A DNA stretch of 64,000 nt from assembly GCF_009914755.1 (NCBI RefSeq), contig NC_060930.1; one strand, 5' to 3'. Source of the stretch: the human T2T-CHM13v2.0 reference genome, Homo sapiens. Below the pieces are notes generated by a model. The model did not search any database and was not told where the DNA came from. It was given only the letters and a program-made list of their open reading frames with translations. Each line of letters begins with the position of its first letter. Within the stretch, counting starts at the first letter, position 1. Of this stretch, positions 1-14,123 are shown one piece after another. The position numbers and the translations under genes are program-made.

Positions 1-3000
1 GCTGAAATTTCTGACTTTAATCACTCATCTGGATCCTTTCTTCCTGATAGTAGACTCCCTAAATCTGTTTCTTACAAGGCCATCTCCCCGGTACCAATTC
101 CCTGACTTTTGTCCTTTCTTCCTATTACCTGCTGCCAATCTCTTCTGGTGCCCTGTTTATCTCCTGGAAGCTCTCTTTATGAATACCTCTCGGTCTTGTT
201 GTCTCTTCTGGGACATTTTTCTGAAATTCTCTTTTTCTGCTGCCAGAACTTGTCAATTCAGCCAGGTGCAGTTCTGTTCATTTCCACAAACACTGGAGTA
301 TCTATTACATTATCTCTATTCTCCACCACAACACTTCAAACAACTCTTAAAAAATGATTGATTAGTTGTGGAAACCCAAACTGAAAAATGCTAGGTAGTT
401 TCTAAAGTCATACAAAAGTAACTGTTGAAATTGCTTTAAATTCAGAAGGTGCTAGTGACTCTAAACCAACACTCTTCTTGTTCTGCTTTTCTCATATCTT
501 ATTCACTCCTATTCTTGTTTATGTATCAATACATAACCCTTCATACTGATAGATTGAGCCAAATTAAGTGAACACTATTTATTTTGTTATTATTTGTATT
601 ATTTCATAGGCAAATATTATTTGTTGTTGCTCAACAAATGTTGAGCAACAAAATAATGAAATCAAAATTATGTTTTAGAAATATGAATTCAGGGTAGATT
701 GAAGGAGACAAAGAGGCTGAGGGTAATAGGATATTATAACAGTCCACGTCTGAGTTAATAAGCTCATGACACAAAGCGGTAAACCATTAGGAAGTCAAAG
801 AACAAAATCGCTAACATTGAAAGCTGGTGCCCTCTGGCATGAATGAGAAGATAAAGAATGCCAATAGTAATTACAGATTATCCCCAAAGAATTCCCCCCA
901 AATTATTATATTTTTGAAACTCATTAAAATATGCTGAGTTTTAGGGTTTTTAAAATTTAATATATAATGTAATAAAACAACCTTTCGAATTACTTCAGAT
1001 GCTGGGAATAAATCTTTGGTAAAGGCATTAGGAGTTCAACATACTGCTGAATAATTGAAGATTCCAGGTAAGCATTTATCTTATGCTTATCTTATCTTAT
1101 TTTCTTATGGCCTGCAGAACATACTCTGTGGATGTATAACTAGTTTAGTATGAGACCCTAAGGTTGGTGAATCACTGCCACATATGTTCATTTTATTTAT
1201 TTATTTTTTTTGCACAAATGGTTCCTGTAATTTTGGACGTCCTTGACCTTTTTTTCCCGTCAGCTACCTTATTTTATGCAAAACCTAGCTCTAATGCTAG
1301 TGTATCTATGAAACCTTCCCTGACGATCCCCCCAAATAAATCCTTCCATTGTGATTTCATTGTTTGAGGAAACATTGGTTTATAGTTCCATTATTGTTCT
1401 TGACTTTTTATGTTTTTATGTGTCTTCCCAGGAGATTTAGTAATCTTTAAAGACATGACAATGCTTTAGCCATCTCTATTTTTCTCTTTGTTATGACTTA
1501 TAAGACTGGGTCAACAATAGGTCAGGGTAAGAAGTAGAAGAAAAATGAAAGTGAAAGAATAAACTAACTTTTTTTATTCTCTTGCATTATAAGTATTTTT
1601 ATAAGTAACACCTGATTTGTGGCCAGATTTTCTTCTTTAATATTTTGTGTAGCAAAACTCATTTTGTATTTGAGTACCTTTATGTATTATGGGTTTCCAA
1701 GAATCTCCAAACTCCTTGTCCCTTTCGTTGTCTGGATTTACTAATTCATGTGACCAATTGGTTTGTGTGGGCATTTGAGCTAACGACTTTGCTTTACATA
1801 CATGCTATGATTTCATACACAATACAGTCCTTAGAAACCTGCTTTATTATTCTAGTTTTAAAACTGAAGAAACAGAGACTTCCAGAAACAATGTAATTTT
1901 TCCAGAATCATTTTATTTATATATGTAGTAGAGTTCAATTTCTAAAAATAAAATCATGAATTTCAGGAAGTTGTAACAAAAAAGATTAACTTGGAAAATG
2001 GAAGCTATTCACAATAAATTTTATTCCAAGTGGTTGGCACTTACAGTTACATTTGAGCTATTAGCTCCAATACTTAATAGCTGGATATAAGGGAAATCAT
2101 GACCAACATCAAGTTATAAAAATAGGGCTTAGTTTTATGTGCTTAAGCTTTATGGAGAAAATGAATAAGAGTGGTTGCATAAAGATAGTCAACACTCCAT
2201 AAGTAGCTTCTCAGTAGTCACTGCTTCATAACTTGCTACCTATCATGGGAAGAGTGTCAGCTGCAGTAGCAGCAGTCAGGTATTCATGAAAAACATGTTA
2301 TATTCTGGGAAACAACAGCATAATTAAAACATGGGGAGGTGTGAAGAAAGAATCAGATATAATTTAAAGGTAGACCATCTGCACTGATAGTCTTCATTTC
2401 AAGAAGACAAGTTTTGCATACAGAATCTGCAGCTTCTCACAAAGCATGTATTTGAACTTAAAAACAACTGACAGGGACCAAGTCTTCCCAAAGGTAAGAG
2501 TCTAGTTTTGCTGTACTCCCAGGGAAGATATTGATACTGATGTTAGTAGTTGTACTGTCACAACAACTGACTATGAACCCAGTGACAATGCTGGAAATAA
2601 AATGTGTTGCTGTCCTTCTGGCTGAAAGTCAAATAAAAGATAAAAGAAGGAGAAACACAAAGTACGACTTTTTCTTAGACCTAACTTCTATTACGGTTAA
2701 CCCAAATATAAAATTTGCAGTGAATGCCTGTAACAGAATTAATATTGGAAATCAGGCAATCAGGGTCTCTGATCATCTAGGGTGGAATACGTTAATTTTT
2801 TTAAACAAAAATCTCATCATAGTTAATAGTTATTTCTTTTTGAAAGAAGAAAGTGTTCTAATTTAGGACAAAAAGCCATTGTTTTCTAATTATAATGTTG
2901 ACAAGTCATTTAAGAGTTGAGGCCACATAGAAATGGATAAGCTGAAGTTAAAAAAGAATGATACATAAATTTTTCTGCATTATAAAATGAATAGTAGTTT

Positions 3001-3060
3001 GGAGACAGGACAAAGCCATGAGGAAAATGAGAAGGGTGAGGAAATTGATTTCAGAGAAGT

Positions 3061-4435
3061 ACAGCACTTTGGACAAAAACAGACACATAGGCCAGTGGAA
3101 CAGAGTAGAAAACCCAGAAGTAAACCTGCACACTTGCAAACATCTGCTCTTTGACAAAATCAGCAACAAGCAATGGAGAAGGACTCCCTATTGAGTAAAT
3201 GGTGTAAGATAACTATGTAGCTATATGCAGAAGAATAAACTGGATCCCTACTTCTCACCATCTACAAAATTAACCTAACATGGATTAAAGGTTTAAATAT
3301 AAGACCCCAAACTATAGAAATCCTAGAACAAATCCCTTCTTGACATTGGCAAAGGATTTATGGCTAAGTCCCCAAAGGCAATCACAACAAAAATAAAAAT
3401 TGACAAGTGAGACCTAATTAAATGAAAGAGCTTCTTTACAGCCAAAGAAATTACCAACAGAGTAAACAGACAGCCTACAGAATGGGAGAAAATGTTCACA
3501 AACTATGCATTTGACAAGTGTCTAATATCCAGAATCTACAAGAAACTTAAACAAATCAACAAGCAAAAAATAAACAATCTCATTAAAAAATGGGCAAAGG
3601 ACATGAACAGACACTTCTCAAAAAAAAAAAAAAAGATGTCCCAATAGCCAGCAAACATTTAAAACATGCTCAACATCATTAATCCTCAGAGCAATGTAAA
3701 TCAAAACCACAATGAGATACCATCCCACACCAAGTCAGAATGGCTATTATCTAAAAGTCAAAAAACAACAGATGCTGGTGAGGCTGGGGAGAAAGAGAAT
3801 GCTTATACATTGTTGGTGGGAATGTGACCTAGTTCAGCCACTGTGGAAAGTGGTTTGGAGACTTCTCAAAGAACTCAAAACAGAAATACCATTCAACCCA
3901 GTAATCTCATTAGTGGATATATCCCCAAAGGAAAATAAGTCATTTGATCAAAAGACACATGCCTCCATATGTTTATTACAGAACAATTTACAATAGCAAA
4001 GACATAGAATCAGCCTAGATGTCCATCATAGTAGATTGGAGAAAGAAAATGTGGTACATATATACCATGGAATACTAGGTACCCATAAAAAATGCAATTA
4101 TGTCCTTTGCAGCAAGAAGGGTGGAACTCAGGGTCATTATTCTAAGTGAATTAACACAAGAACGGAAAACCAAATACTGCACGTTTTTGCTTACAAGTGG
4201 AAGCTAAACACTGAATACACATAAACATAAAGATAAGAGCAATAGACACTGCAGCCTACTTCATGTGGGAGGGTAGGAAGAGGCCATGAGCTGGAAAACA
4301 ACCTATTGGGTACTATGCTTACTACCTGGGGGATGGGATCATTTGTACCCCAAACCTGAGTGTCACACAATATACTAATGTAACAAACCTGTACATGTAC
4401 CCTTTAATCTATAAAAAAAGTTGAAATTATTCCAA
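3061..4435 (+). mobile_element. 5'-truncated LINE-1 (L1PA15/16-L1PB-like), ORF2 3' end plus 3' UTR
   Basis: ORF2 C-terminal remnants (MRYH...HCWWEC.LVQPLWK in ORF 3712-3996). 3' UTR ends gtaacaaacctgtacatgtaccc...aaagttgaaattatt. Confidence 0.9.
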
Positions 4436-4436
4436 A

Positions 4437-4673
4437 AAATTTGAAGTTTTGTAGCAACCCTGGGTCAAGCAAGTATATTTGTGCCATTTTATCCACAGGA
4501 TGTGCTCATTTTGTGTGTCTGTGTCACATTTTGGTACTTCTCACAATATTTCAAGCTTTTTCATCATTGTTATATTTGTTATGATAACCTGTGATCGGCA
4601 ATCTCTGGTGCTATTGTAATTGTTTTGGGGTGCTAGGAAGCATGCCCACATAAGATGGCAGATTTAATCAATG
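4437..4673 (+). mobile_element. Tigger1 (TcMar) internal 5' fragment, no TIRs
   Basis: Matches remembered Tigger1 5' region: ttgaagttttgtagcaaccctg...gtgtcacattttggta...taagatggcagatttaatc. Confidence 0.8.
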
Positions 4674-7404
4674 AAAAAAATTAAAATGAAAAGTCTAATA
4701 CCATGATGCCGTTAGCATACTTGCGTTCTAAAACTCCCCATTATTATAAAACCTTTGGACAATGTAACTACTTCACATGAATTACTTGTGAAACCGAAGC
4801 ATTTGTGGAGGAGTCTTCAATACTACATTTCTGTCAATACCCTTAAAAATGGAAGCATCATGCCCTGGACAGAAAATAAGATATCCAAACTGAAATAAGT
4901 CAGCAGGAGCATGAGATCAAAGACAGAGAGAACCATAAGATGCATCTCGTTCTTGCGCTGAGAATTTGCAGAAATTTTCAGAAGGTCATTGGAATTCAGT
5001 AATATAAAATTACATTTCTATCAATATTAGCAAATATTTAAGGTACAAAGTGAATCTAGGCAGTAAAAGAAAAGAGCAAAGAACTTCATTTCTTAAATTT
5101 TTTTTCAAAGATATTAGAGAATGAACTATGCTTGAGGAGAGAGAAGATTCTGATTTCCAACTTACTTTGGAACAGATGTCAAACTAAATTAATTTATGTC
5201 AGTAAATTTTCAGAGATTTTTCAATTGGAATTCTTAATTAAATTGAAGAGCAAAATAAATGATAATGAACAGCCCAAGTGAAATAAAGCAAAGTCTCTTT
5301 CAATTTGGAAAGAGTTAACTGTAATCAGTTAAAGGACATTTCAGCAAATTAATTGGAATTCTAATCAGAAGTGAATAAGTACTTTGAAATGAGGGCAGAG
5401 GGCAAGATATAGATGAACAGACTAAAATACTGACCTCAAAATACATCAATCGATAAAAATAGAAAGTGTTTTATCTCCTCTGCTTCTTTTAATAACAAGG
5501 ATTAGATCAGGCAAAAGGCTTCCTTTGCTCTTCAGCTCCTTAAATCAGGAGCTTCAAAGAATTAAGTCTCTTCTCACATTGTTAAGTGATATAGGAGAAA
5601 TCTAAGTGGGCTTCAGCTTCAGAGGCCCGATGTCCCTTTGTCGTTGATCAGCTGGTGAGTCCTGGTACTATTTGTCTCTGTCAAGCCCACACATCTCAGC
5701 ATCTGCACTACGAAGTCCCTGCTTGGTCCATGTCTCTGAACTGAAGGGATGCTCTTCAGAGTATTGACTATGGTGAGCTTGACAAGTTTGTCCTTTTGAC
5801 AAGGTGAAAGAGGTCATTCTACCCACCAGTGGGATCTGCAAAGTAATGCTTAAGGAGGTTTGAGCCTACATTTATGCAGTTGCACACCAGGGATACTGTG
5901 GACACAGAAAAATTGTAAACAACGTGGAATTTTTTTTTAAAACAACAGTTGTTTTCAAAATATAGCTATCAACAATATCTGTTTATTTAATTGCTTACAG
6001 CACTGTCAGTAACACTAAATATGAATTTTAGTGATCTATTTGAAAATGACAAAAATAATTACTGCATCTTAAGTGCAATTCTCAAGAGATAGTCAGCTGA
6101 GAAATAGCATATATTAGCAAAATTACTATTTGTGGTCTAAATACTTCCTAAAACAGTTAAGAAACGTAACCAGACCCAAGTAGGATATTTTTTCAGAACA
6201 ATTCTCAGAATAAAATTAGTTTCTCTCAATGATTATTTGAACATGTTTAATCTTTGAAATAAATAATTGAATCACTGGCCTGGTCTTGACCCTGACAAAA
6301 TATTTCTGAGTATAAATAAAGATTCGTAGTACATTGAGAGAAAGCAAGAGAGATATAGGAAAATTAAAATAATTTCACCACCATTTTTATATTATTAAAG
6401 GTGATTTTTTTTGTTCTTCCTATTGTCCCAACAATTAAGAAGATGCTTTAATTATCTTTTGCGGGAAATAAAGAATGGCGTCACTGGAAGAGATTTAACT
6501 AATTTGGTTTATTAAGATGTTTTACCAAATTACTTGCACTAATGTAAACATTATTTTTCCAATGTTCATGTTTTAGTAATATACAAAGAGCAAGATTTTC
6601 CAATAAACCACTGGAGTCTTCATAAGCTCCAGTGTTTTCTAAACCAATTTTACTTAGTATTGTTGCATGGGGATTTTACATGTTTAAAAGCACAGCTGTA
6701 GTTCCATTAGTATTGTACAAAACTTGTAAAAAGTAACTAAGGCACGTTTACTGTTTTTTCCCACAGCAGGTTTGTAAATTTCTAGGTCACTTGCATTGGC
6801 CATGAAATATTGCAACAAGGACTACTCCTGAGGTAATTAAATTGGATATCCAAGAGAGATGTTCTTTCTTGCAGTATTTTGGGAAAACCTGGAGGATTGT
6901 AATTTACTGACTTATTTATTTCAAGAGAAAAGGAAGCATTTTTAGGATGTTTGCTAAATATATCTTCAACAGTTGAAAAGCTTTCCAGATAATTCTCAGA
7001 TAATGAAATCCCTTTCTTAAAAAGAAAAAAAAAAGACTATTTTTTCTCTTCTGTATCTTTCTTCTTCTTTCCCTTGTCCTTGCCTTCTATGCACCATCCC
7101 CCTAGAAGCTATAAATGTATTGACTTCAAATATTATGTGTTCATATGAGATTTAAAAATGGACCCACATTCTGTAACACCAATCACAAGGAAACTAAAAA
7201 GCTAAAAAAATAAAATTTTAAACTCAAATCCATGATTTCTAACCTTTTGCAATTATCATGTCTTCACAAAATTCATGTGAATAAAATATTTTAGTACAGA
7301 GGATGTGTATTTCTGATATAAATACTCCTTTAAAATCACTTATTTTTTGCTTCACAAAAATGTCAAGCTCTCAAAAGACAGACACAGAGAAGAATGATTC
7401 CATA

Positions 7405-8010
7405 TTAAAGATGACTGAAGAGATAAGGCATGAAATGTAACACATAATCCGGGGCTGGATCCTGAACCAGGAAAAAAAATTCTAAAAAATATAATTGGAA
7501 CAACTAGTGATATTTGAGCGTGTATTTGTTGTATATTAGATGATAATTTTGTATCAATGTTAATTTCCTCATTTTTATATTTGTATTGATGTTATATAAA
7601 AGATGTAAGAGAATATTCTTATTTTAGGAGGTATACATTAAAGAATTTAGAGGCAAAATATAATTTTTTTTTTTGTTTCGACGGTGTCTTGTTCTGTTGC
7701 CCAGACTGGAGTGCGGTGGCACAATCTCAGCTCATGCAACCTCCACCTCCCGGGTTCAAGCGATTTTCCTGCCTCAGCCTTCTGAGTAGCTGGGACTATA
7801 GGCACATGCCTCCATGCCCAGCAAATTTTTGTATTTTTAGTAGAAACGGGATTTCACCATGTTGGCCAGTATGGTGTCGATCTCTTGACGTCGTGATCCA
7901 CCCGCCTCGGCCTCCCAAAGTGCTGGGATTATAGGTGTGAGCTACCATGCCTGGCCAGAGGTAAAAGATAATCTTTTTGAATTTACTCTCAAATGGTCTG
8001 GGAAGGGTGA
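7405..8010 (+). mobile_element. Old L1 (L1MC4/L1ME-like) 3' fragment, interrupted by Alu
   Basis: ctggatcctgaaccagg...gtatcaatgttaatttcct...ttactctcaaatggt; continues on both sides of the Alu. Confidence 0.6.
7664..7956 (-). mobile_element. AluS (AluSc-like), full length
   Basis: Dimeric Alu in reverse complement with poly-T at left. Degenerate TSD agaggcaaaatataat / agaggtaaaagataat. Confidence 0.95.
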
Positions 8011-8088
8011 ATAAAGATAGACAGACATTGAAAAACAGATTCATAGAAAAATAAATATGGTCATTTTATTCTTCAAAAATAATATTTT

Positions 8089-8397
8089 CTGTTTTTTTTT
8101 TCCCCCCAGACAGGTTCTCACTTTGTCACCGAGGCTGGAGTGCAGTGGCGCAATCATAGCTCACTGCAGCCTTGACCTCTGGGGCCAGAGTGAAATCCTC
8201 CCACCTCAGCAACTGAAGTAGCTGAGACTACAGGTGTGCACCACCAAGTCCAGCTAATTTTTTTTATTTTTAAGTTTTTTAAGAGACAGGATCTCGCTAT
8301 GTTGCCTAAGCTGGTCTCAAACTCCTGGCCTCAAATGATCCTTCTGCCTTACCCTCCCAAATTGCTGAGTTTATGTCATAAGCCACCACTCTCAGCT
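8089..8397 (-). mobile_element. AluJ, full length
   Basis: J-type motifs (tcactgcagccttgacc, ctcgctatgttgcc). TSD taatatttt. Confidence 0.9.
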
Positions 8398-8519
8398 TAA
8401 TATTTTATTTTTAAAGGGGCATTCCATTAGAAAGCCTATAAGGAAAATCTCTATATGTAAACAGTACACATACCTGGAAGTGGACTCCCAGTTAAAACAA
8501 TGGACTCTGTAATCAGTAG

Positions 8520-8922
<403 letters not shown>

Positions 8923-9329
8923 GCCCCTTTTAACTTAGGTGTAGGATGACCTCATTGACAAGCCTCACAACCAGTGTTCTAGAACAAAGAGCTGAAGAAA
9001 ATGATAAACTGACTTGGAATCTACCTCAGAAGAGAACTTTCAATCTCCAGGGAGAGAACTGTATAAGTTTACTACAAAATACAATTAATTCTTTATGACA
9101 TTCCTTTGCAGGTCAATGAAATAAATTTTTAAATATCTGAGCATTAAGTATTTACTCTTTGACTCATAATGCTAGACAGAGCTTGGGGCTAGAGAAAAGA
9201 GAGGCAGAATGAAATCTAAGGTCACTTGTTTCAAACTTTGTTCTCGTCTGCTCTTCAATAGCTTGCAGTTGAGTTGGGATGAAAGCTATCCACATTTGGC
9301 TGAGTGAAGTAACAGGGAAACCCACTAGA

Positions 9330-9650
9330 CAGATGGTCCCTAACTTGTCACGGTTCCCCTTAAAATTTTTCAACTTTTCTACTGTGTAAAAGTGGTATAA
9401 ATTCAATATAAACCATACCTTAAAGTTTGAATTTTGATTTTTTCCCAAAATTAGGCTAATGTAAGTGTTCTGAGCACTTTTAAGATAGGCTAGGCTAAGC
9501 TGTGATATTTGTCAAGCTAGGTGTATTAATTAAAGATATAATATTAGGCAGTTTAAGTACTTAGGTATATTAAGTGCATTTTCAACTTTCAATATTTTCA
9601 ATTTGTGCTGGGTTTATCAGTACATAACCCCATTGTCAATTGAAGTATAA
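9330..9650. mobile_element. Tigger4/MER46 (Zombi)-type non-autonomous DNA transposon
   Basis: Starts cagatggtccctaactt; internal gtaagtgttctgagcac...ggctaggctaagct; ends gggtttatcagtacataaccccattg. Confidence 0.7.
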
Positions 9651-9813
9651 GGTTAGTATCAGAATGAGTGACACAGATAAGGTATACTGTGGGAACTCAG
9701 AGACAGAGGAGATAAATATATCCTTCACCTATGTAAAGCCACCAAAAAATCTGAGAATCGAGCTAAGATTTGTTAAATTTGTACCAAATAATTTTCTTAA
9801 ATTAAACAACTTT

Positions 9814-11815
9814 GGATACAAAATCAACATAAATAATCAGTTGCATTTCTATATGCCAACAACAAATAATCTGAAGAAGAAATCCAGAAAGTAATCCCAT
9901 TTACAATAGCTACAAATAAAATAATATACTAGGAATAAGCTCAACCAAAGAAGTGAAAGATCTCTGTGATGACAACTACAAAACATGGATGCAAGTTATT
10001 TAAGAGAACAGAAAAAAATGGAAAGCTATTTCATGTTCATGGATTGGAAGAATTGATATTGTTAAAACATCTATACTACCCAAAGCAATCTACAGATTCA
10101 ATATAATCTCTAAATCTCTATCAAAATACCAATTACATTATTCGTGGAAATAGAAGAAAAATGCTAAAACTTATGTGGAACCACAAAAAATTCAGAAGAG
10201 CCAAATCCAATCTAAGCAGAAAGAACAAAATTTGAGGAATCACATTATCTGACTTCAAATTATACTACTGAGCTATAGTAAACAAAACAGCATGGTACTC
10301 ACATAAAAACAGACACATAGACCCATGGAACAGAATGGAGAGCCCAGAAATAAATCCATACTATCTACAGTGAACTGATTTTTGACAAAGGTGTCAAGAA
10401 CATATATTGAGGAAAGGACAGTCTCTTCATGAAATGGTTCTGGGAAAACTAGGTATTCATAGGCAGAAGAATTAAACTAGACCTCTATTTCTCAAATCAA
10501 AAAGAATTAAAGACCTTAAATGTAAGACCTCAAGCTATGAAACAACTACAAGAAAACATTGGAGAAACTCTCCAAGACATTGGTCTGGGCAAAGATTTAT
10601 TGAGTAATATACCACAAGCACAGGCAACCAAAGAAAAAATGGACAAATGGGATCACATCAAGTTAAAAAGCTTCTGCACAGCAAAGGAAACAATCAACAA
10701 AGTGAAGCGACAACCCACAGAATGGGAGAAAATATTTGCAAACTATCCATCTGATGTAGTATTAATAACCAGAATGTATAAGGACTCAAACAACTCAACA
10801 GAAAAAAAAATAATCCAATTAAAAAATAGACAAAATATCTGAATAAACAATTCTCAAAAGAAGACATACAAATGTCAAATGGGTATTATGAAAAGGTGCT
10901 CAACATTATAGATCATCAAAGGAATGCAAATCAAAACTATAATGAAATATCATCTCATCCCAGTTAAAATGTCTTTTATCCAAAAGATAGGAAATAATGA
11001 ATTCTGATAAGGACATGAAGAAAAGGGAACACTTGTCCACTGTTGGTACAGCCATGATGGAGAACAGTATGGAAGTTTGCCAAAAAATCTAAAAATAGAA
11101 TTACCATATGATCCAGTAATCCTACTGCTTGGTATATACCCTCCTAAAAAGGAAATAAGTATATTGAAGAGATATGCGCACTCCCAAGTTGATTGCAGGA
11201 CTATTCACAATTGCTAAGATTTTGAATCAATCTAAGTGTCCATCAGTAGGTGAATGGATAAAGAAAATGTGGTACATATACACGATGGACTATTATTCTG
11301 CCATAAAAAATAATGAGATCCCATTATTTGCAACAATATGAATGGAACTGGAGGATATTATGTTAAGTGACATAGGGCAGGTGCAGAAAGACAAACAATG
11401 CATGTTCTCTCTCAATTGCGAGAACCAAAAATTAAAACAATTGAACTCATGGAGATAGAAAGTAGAATGATTGCTACCGGAGGCTGAGAAGAGTACTGGA
11501 GGGTTGGAGGGGAAGTGGGGGTAGTTAATGTGTACAAAAATATAGTTAGAAAGAATAAATAAGATCTAGTATTTGACAGCACAACAGAATTACTGTAGTC
11601 AATAATAATGTATTGCACATTTTTGAATAACTAAAAGAGTATAATTGGAATGTCTGTGACACAAAGATATGACAAATGCTTGAGGTGATGGATACCCCAT
11701 TCACCCTGATGTGATTATTACACATTGTATGCCTGTATCAAAATATCTCATGTACCCCATAAATATACATACCTATTATATACTCATAAAATTAAAAAAA
11801 TAAAAATTAAAAATA
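9814..11815 (+). mobile_element. 5'-truncated L1MA (L1MA2/3-like)
   Basis: ORF2 remnants (ORF 10537-10842 [17 protein letters not shown]), L1MA-type 3' UTR and A-rich tail. TSD core caactttgga at 9807-9816 and 11819-11828. Confidence 0.9.
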
Positions 11816-14123
11816 AAGCAACTTTGGAAATATCCTTTAGATGCAGAATCCACAGTCAGAAAAACCCTGTATTATTGGTTTTTACAAAAGAGATAACATC
11901 TCTTTAAGAATACATGCCTTTTACGTATTCTCAAATATTTAAATATTAAGTATTTGTTTTTGAAGAATGTAATCAGTTTATCTGTTTTAAGAAACATTAA
12001 GATATTTTAAATATTACAACTATGCCAAAAGTGTAAAAAGAATAACAATTTCTTCCACCCAATTTTCCTATATTCTGCTTACTTTACTGAATATTGTATT
12101 ATCATTTCATTTCATTAATTTCATAAAACATAACTTTTAGTAACTGCATTCAAATTCAATCCCCAATCACTGGTGTTTATAAAATTAACAATTTTTGTCT
12201 ATTATAATTAATGCCACAATAAACATCCTTGTGGATAAATCTCTAAAACTCCAGTTTTCTAAGAATTTGAGAGGCAAAATTTCTACATGTTTCAAGATTC
12301 TTTGTATACCACCACAGACACATAAATCCTGTTAGGTGTGACATTAAAAGCTATTTGGCTTATAAATTTCAAAGACACAAATTTAATGAAGTAAAAGTTA
12401 AACTTAATTGTTCTATAGCAAATCAATGAAACTTGCAAACCCTTTTTATATGGATAGGAAAATAATCACACAAATTCAAGGTAACTCATTAATTTCTATT
12501 TTAGAACTAAGGTTTGGCTTTGTTGTTTTGTTTTTTACTAAATATTGAATTCGATTTAGGTGTCTTGCTTCTCTTTCTCCTTGGAGGTATTTCAACTTCT
12601 TTGGCAGACATACAAGTCTCCCTAGCCTTAGCAGATGGGTGTTTGAACTGAGAAGGGCTCTTCAGTTCCTGTTGGTCTCTGCTGAGATACGCGCTGTTTT
12701 GTGGCAGCATCGGATGCTGATTTCTGAGCTCCCACCCCTGCTTGCAGTTACGTGGTCGGTGAATCTGGGACCCTTGTATCTGCAGTCCCTCCAGAATCAA
12801 GTCCTACTCTCTTTCCAAGCATCGATTTAACCTCAGCTTTTGGATGGTTTAGGAATTCCCTGAAGCACATTCTGATCGATAAACAAGCCTCTCTTGGGCT
12901 GCCCTTTACCCCCATCTGCAGAGGCCAACCTCTGATCTCGCCCTTGGATCCAGCCATACAAGCTGCAAGTCTACTTTTAGAGACTGGTCACCTTTTGAGT
13001 AAAAAAGTATGAGATAGAACTGTCCTCAAATATCACTAAAATCATTCAATGGTTTCTGTCAGAAAGTTTTTCATATTGCCTATGTTACCCTCTCAGGCCA
13101 AGACATGAGGGGATGGGGCATGGAACTTTTACTCAGGTGCTCAAACAGTATCCAAAACCCGGGCCCAGGACCCAGGTCCTCTTCTTTCCTCTCACCATCT
13201 GGTTGACATTTAGCATATTTCCCAGTAAAGGGAGAAACTCTGCTTAAGGCTTATCCTATTTTCTTCCGCTGCTTAATGGTTAATTTTATATCCTTTATGT
13301 TCTGTTTCTCCTGGCTTTGGCTCATGATCTTCCAGGAAGTGTCCTTAAAGGACAAGGGAGGAGGGGGAATGGAGCGAGTATGGGTCACTTTCTTCAGCAA
13401 TTGTTCACTTTTTATTTCAGTATGTGGCACCGCATATTTAAAGCTAAGGCTGATGCCTGGATGGTGGAAAAAGAATGATGAATTCAAAGAATGAAGAAGG
13501 AAGATAACCTCACTTTATATTTAAAATTGTCATCTCATCATGTATTTGTGTAAGTGTTTCAGTGATGTGTGTCACTTTATAGAGGTACTCTATAGAATGT
13601 CAGCCTCATTGCAACTTTGCTGGCAATGGAGCATCACCTCCTTGTATTTCTTTTCTTTCTTGCCACTTTTGGGAACATTTAGTAACTGATTATTATTTTA
13701 ACTCCTCTGTGTGTGTGAGTGTGTGTGTGTAGATGCATGCACACCTATGGTTTCTAATGAGTTTTCATATACTTTCGAATATAGAAGCTATTTTATCTCT
13801 TTTATACATACATATTATTTATATTATTCATTCAAAAAGTTGCTTAATAACTATGAAAGTTATTAAATTTATTGTTATTTTTATTCACATAATATCAATC
13901 TGCAATTAGAGAAAATTTTGTTTTCTTCTATTCAAAAACTAAATCCTCTCTTCTTTTTAGTTTAGATTAGATTGTACTTAACAGAATTCATAAAAAAGTA
14001 TTAGAGTGATAATCATGTGCCTTTTTCTTAGAATCTAAGGGGAATGATTTTAGTAATTTGCTGATAAGTATAGCGTGGGTTTTTAGTTAAAGATATGCAT
14101 TATGCATTATTCAAGTATTCTAT

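Noticed and set aside
12507-12957. Two overlapping minus-strand ORFs as a frameshifted retro-pseudogene
   Set aside because: No parent protein recognised, and no clear poly(A) plus TSD.
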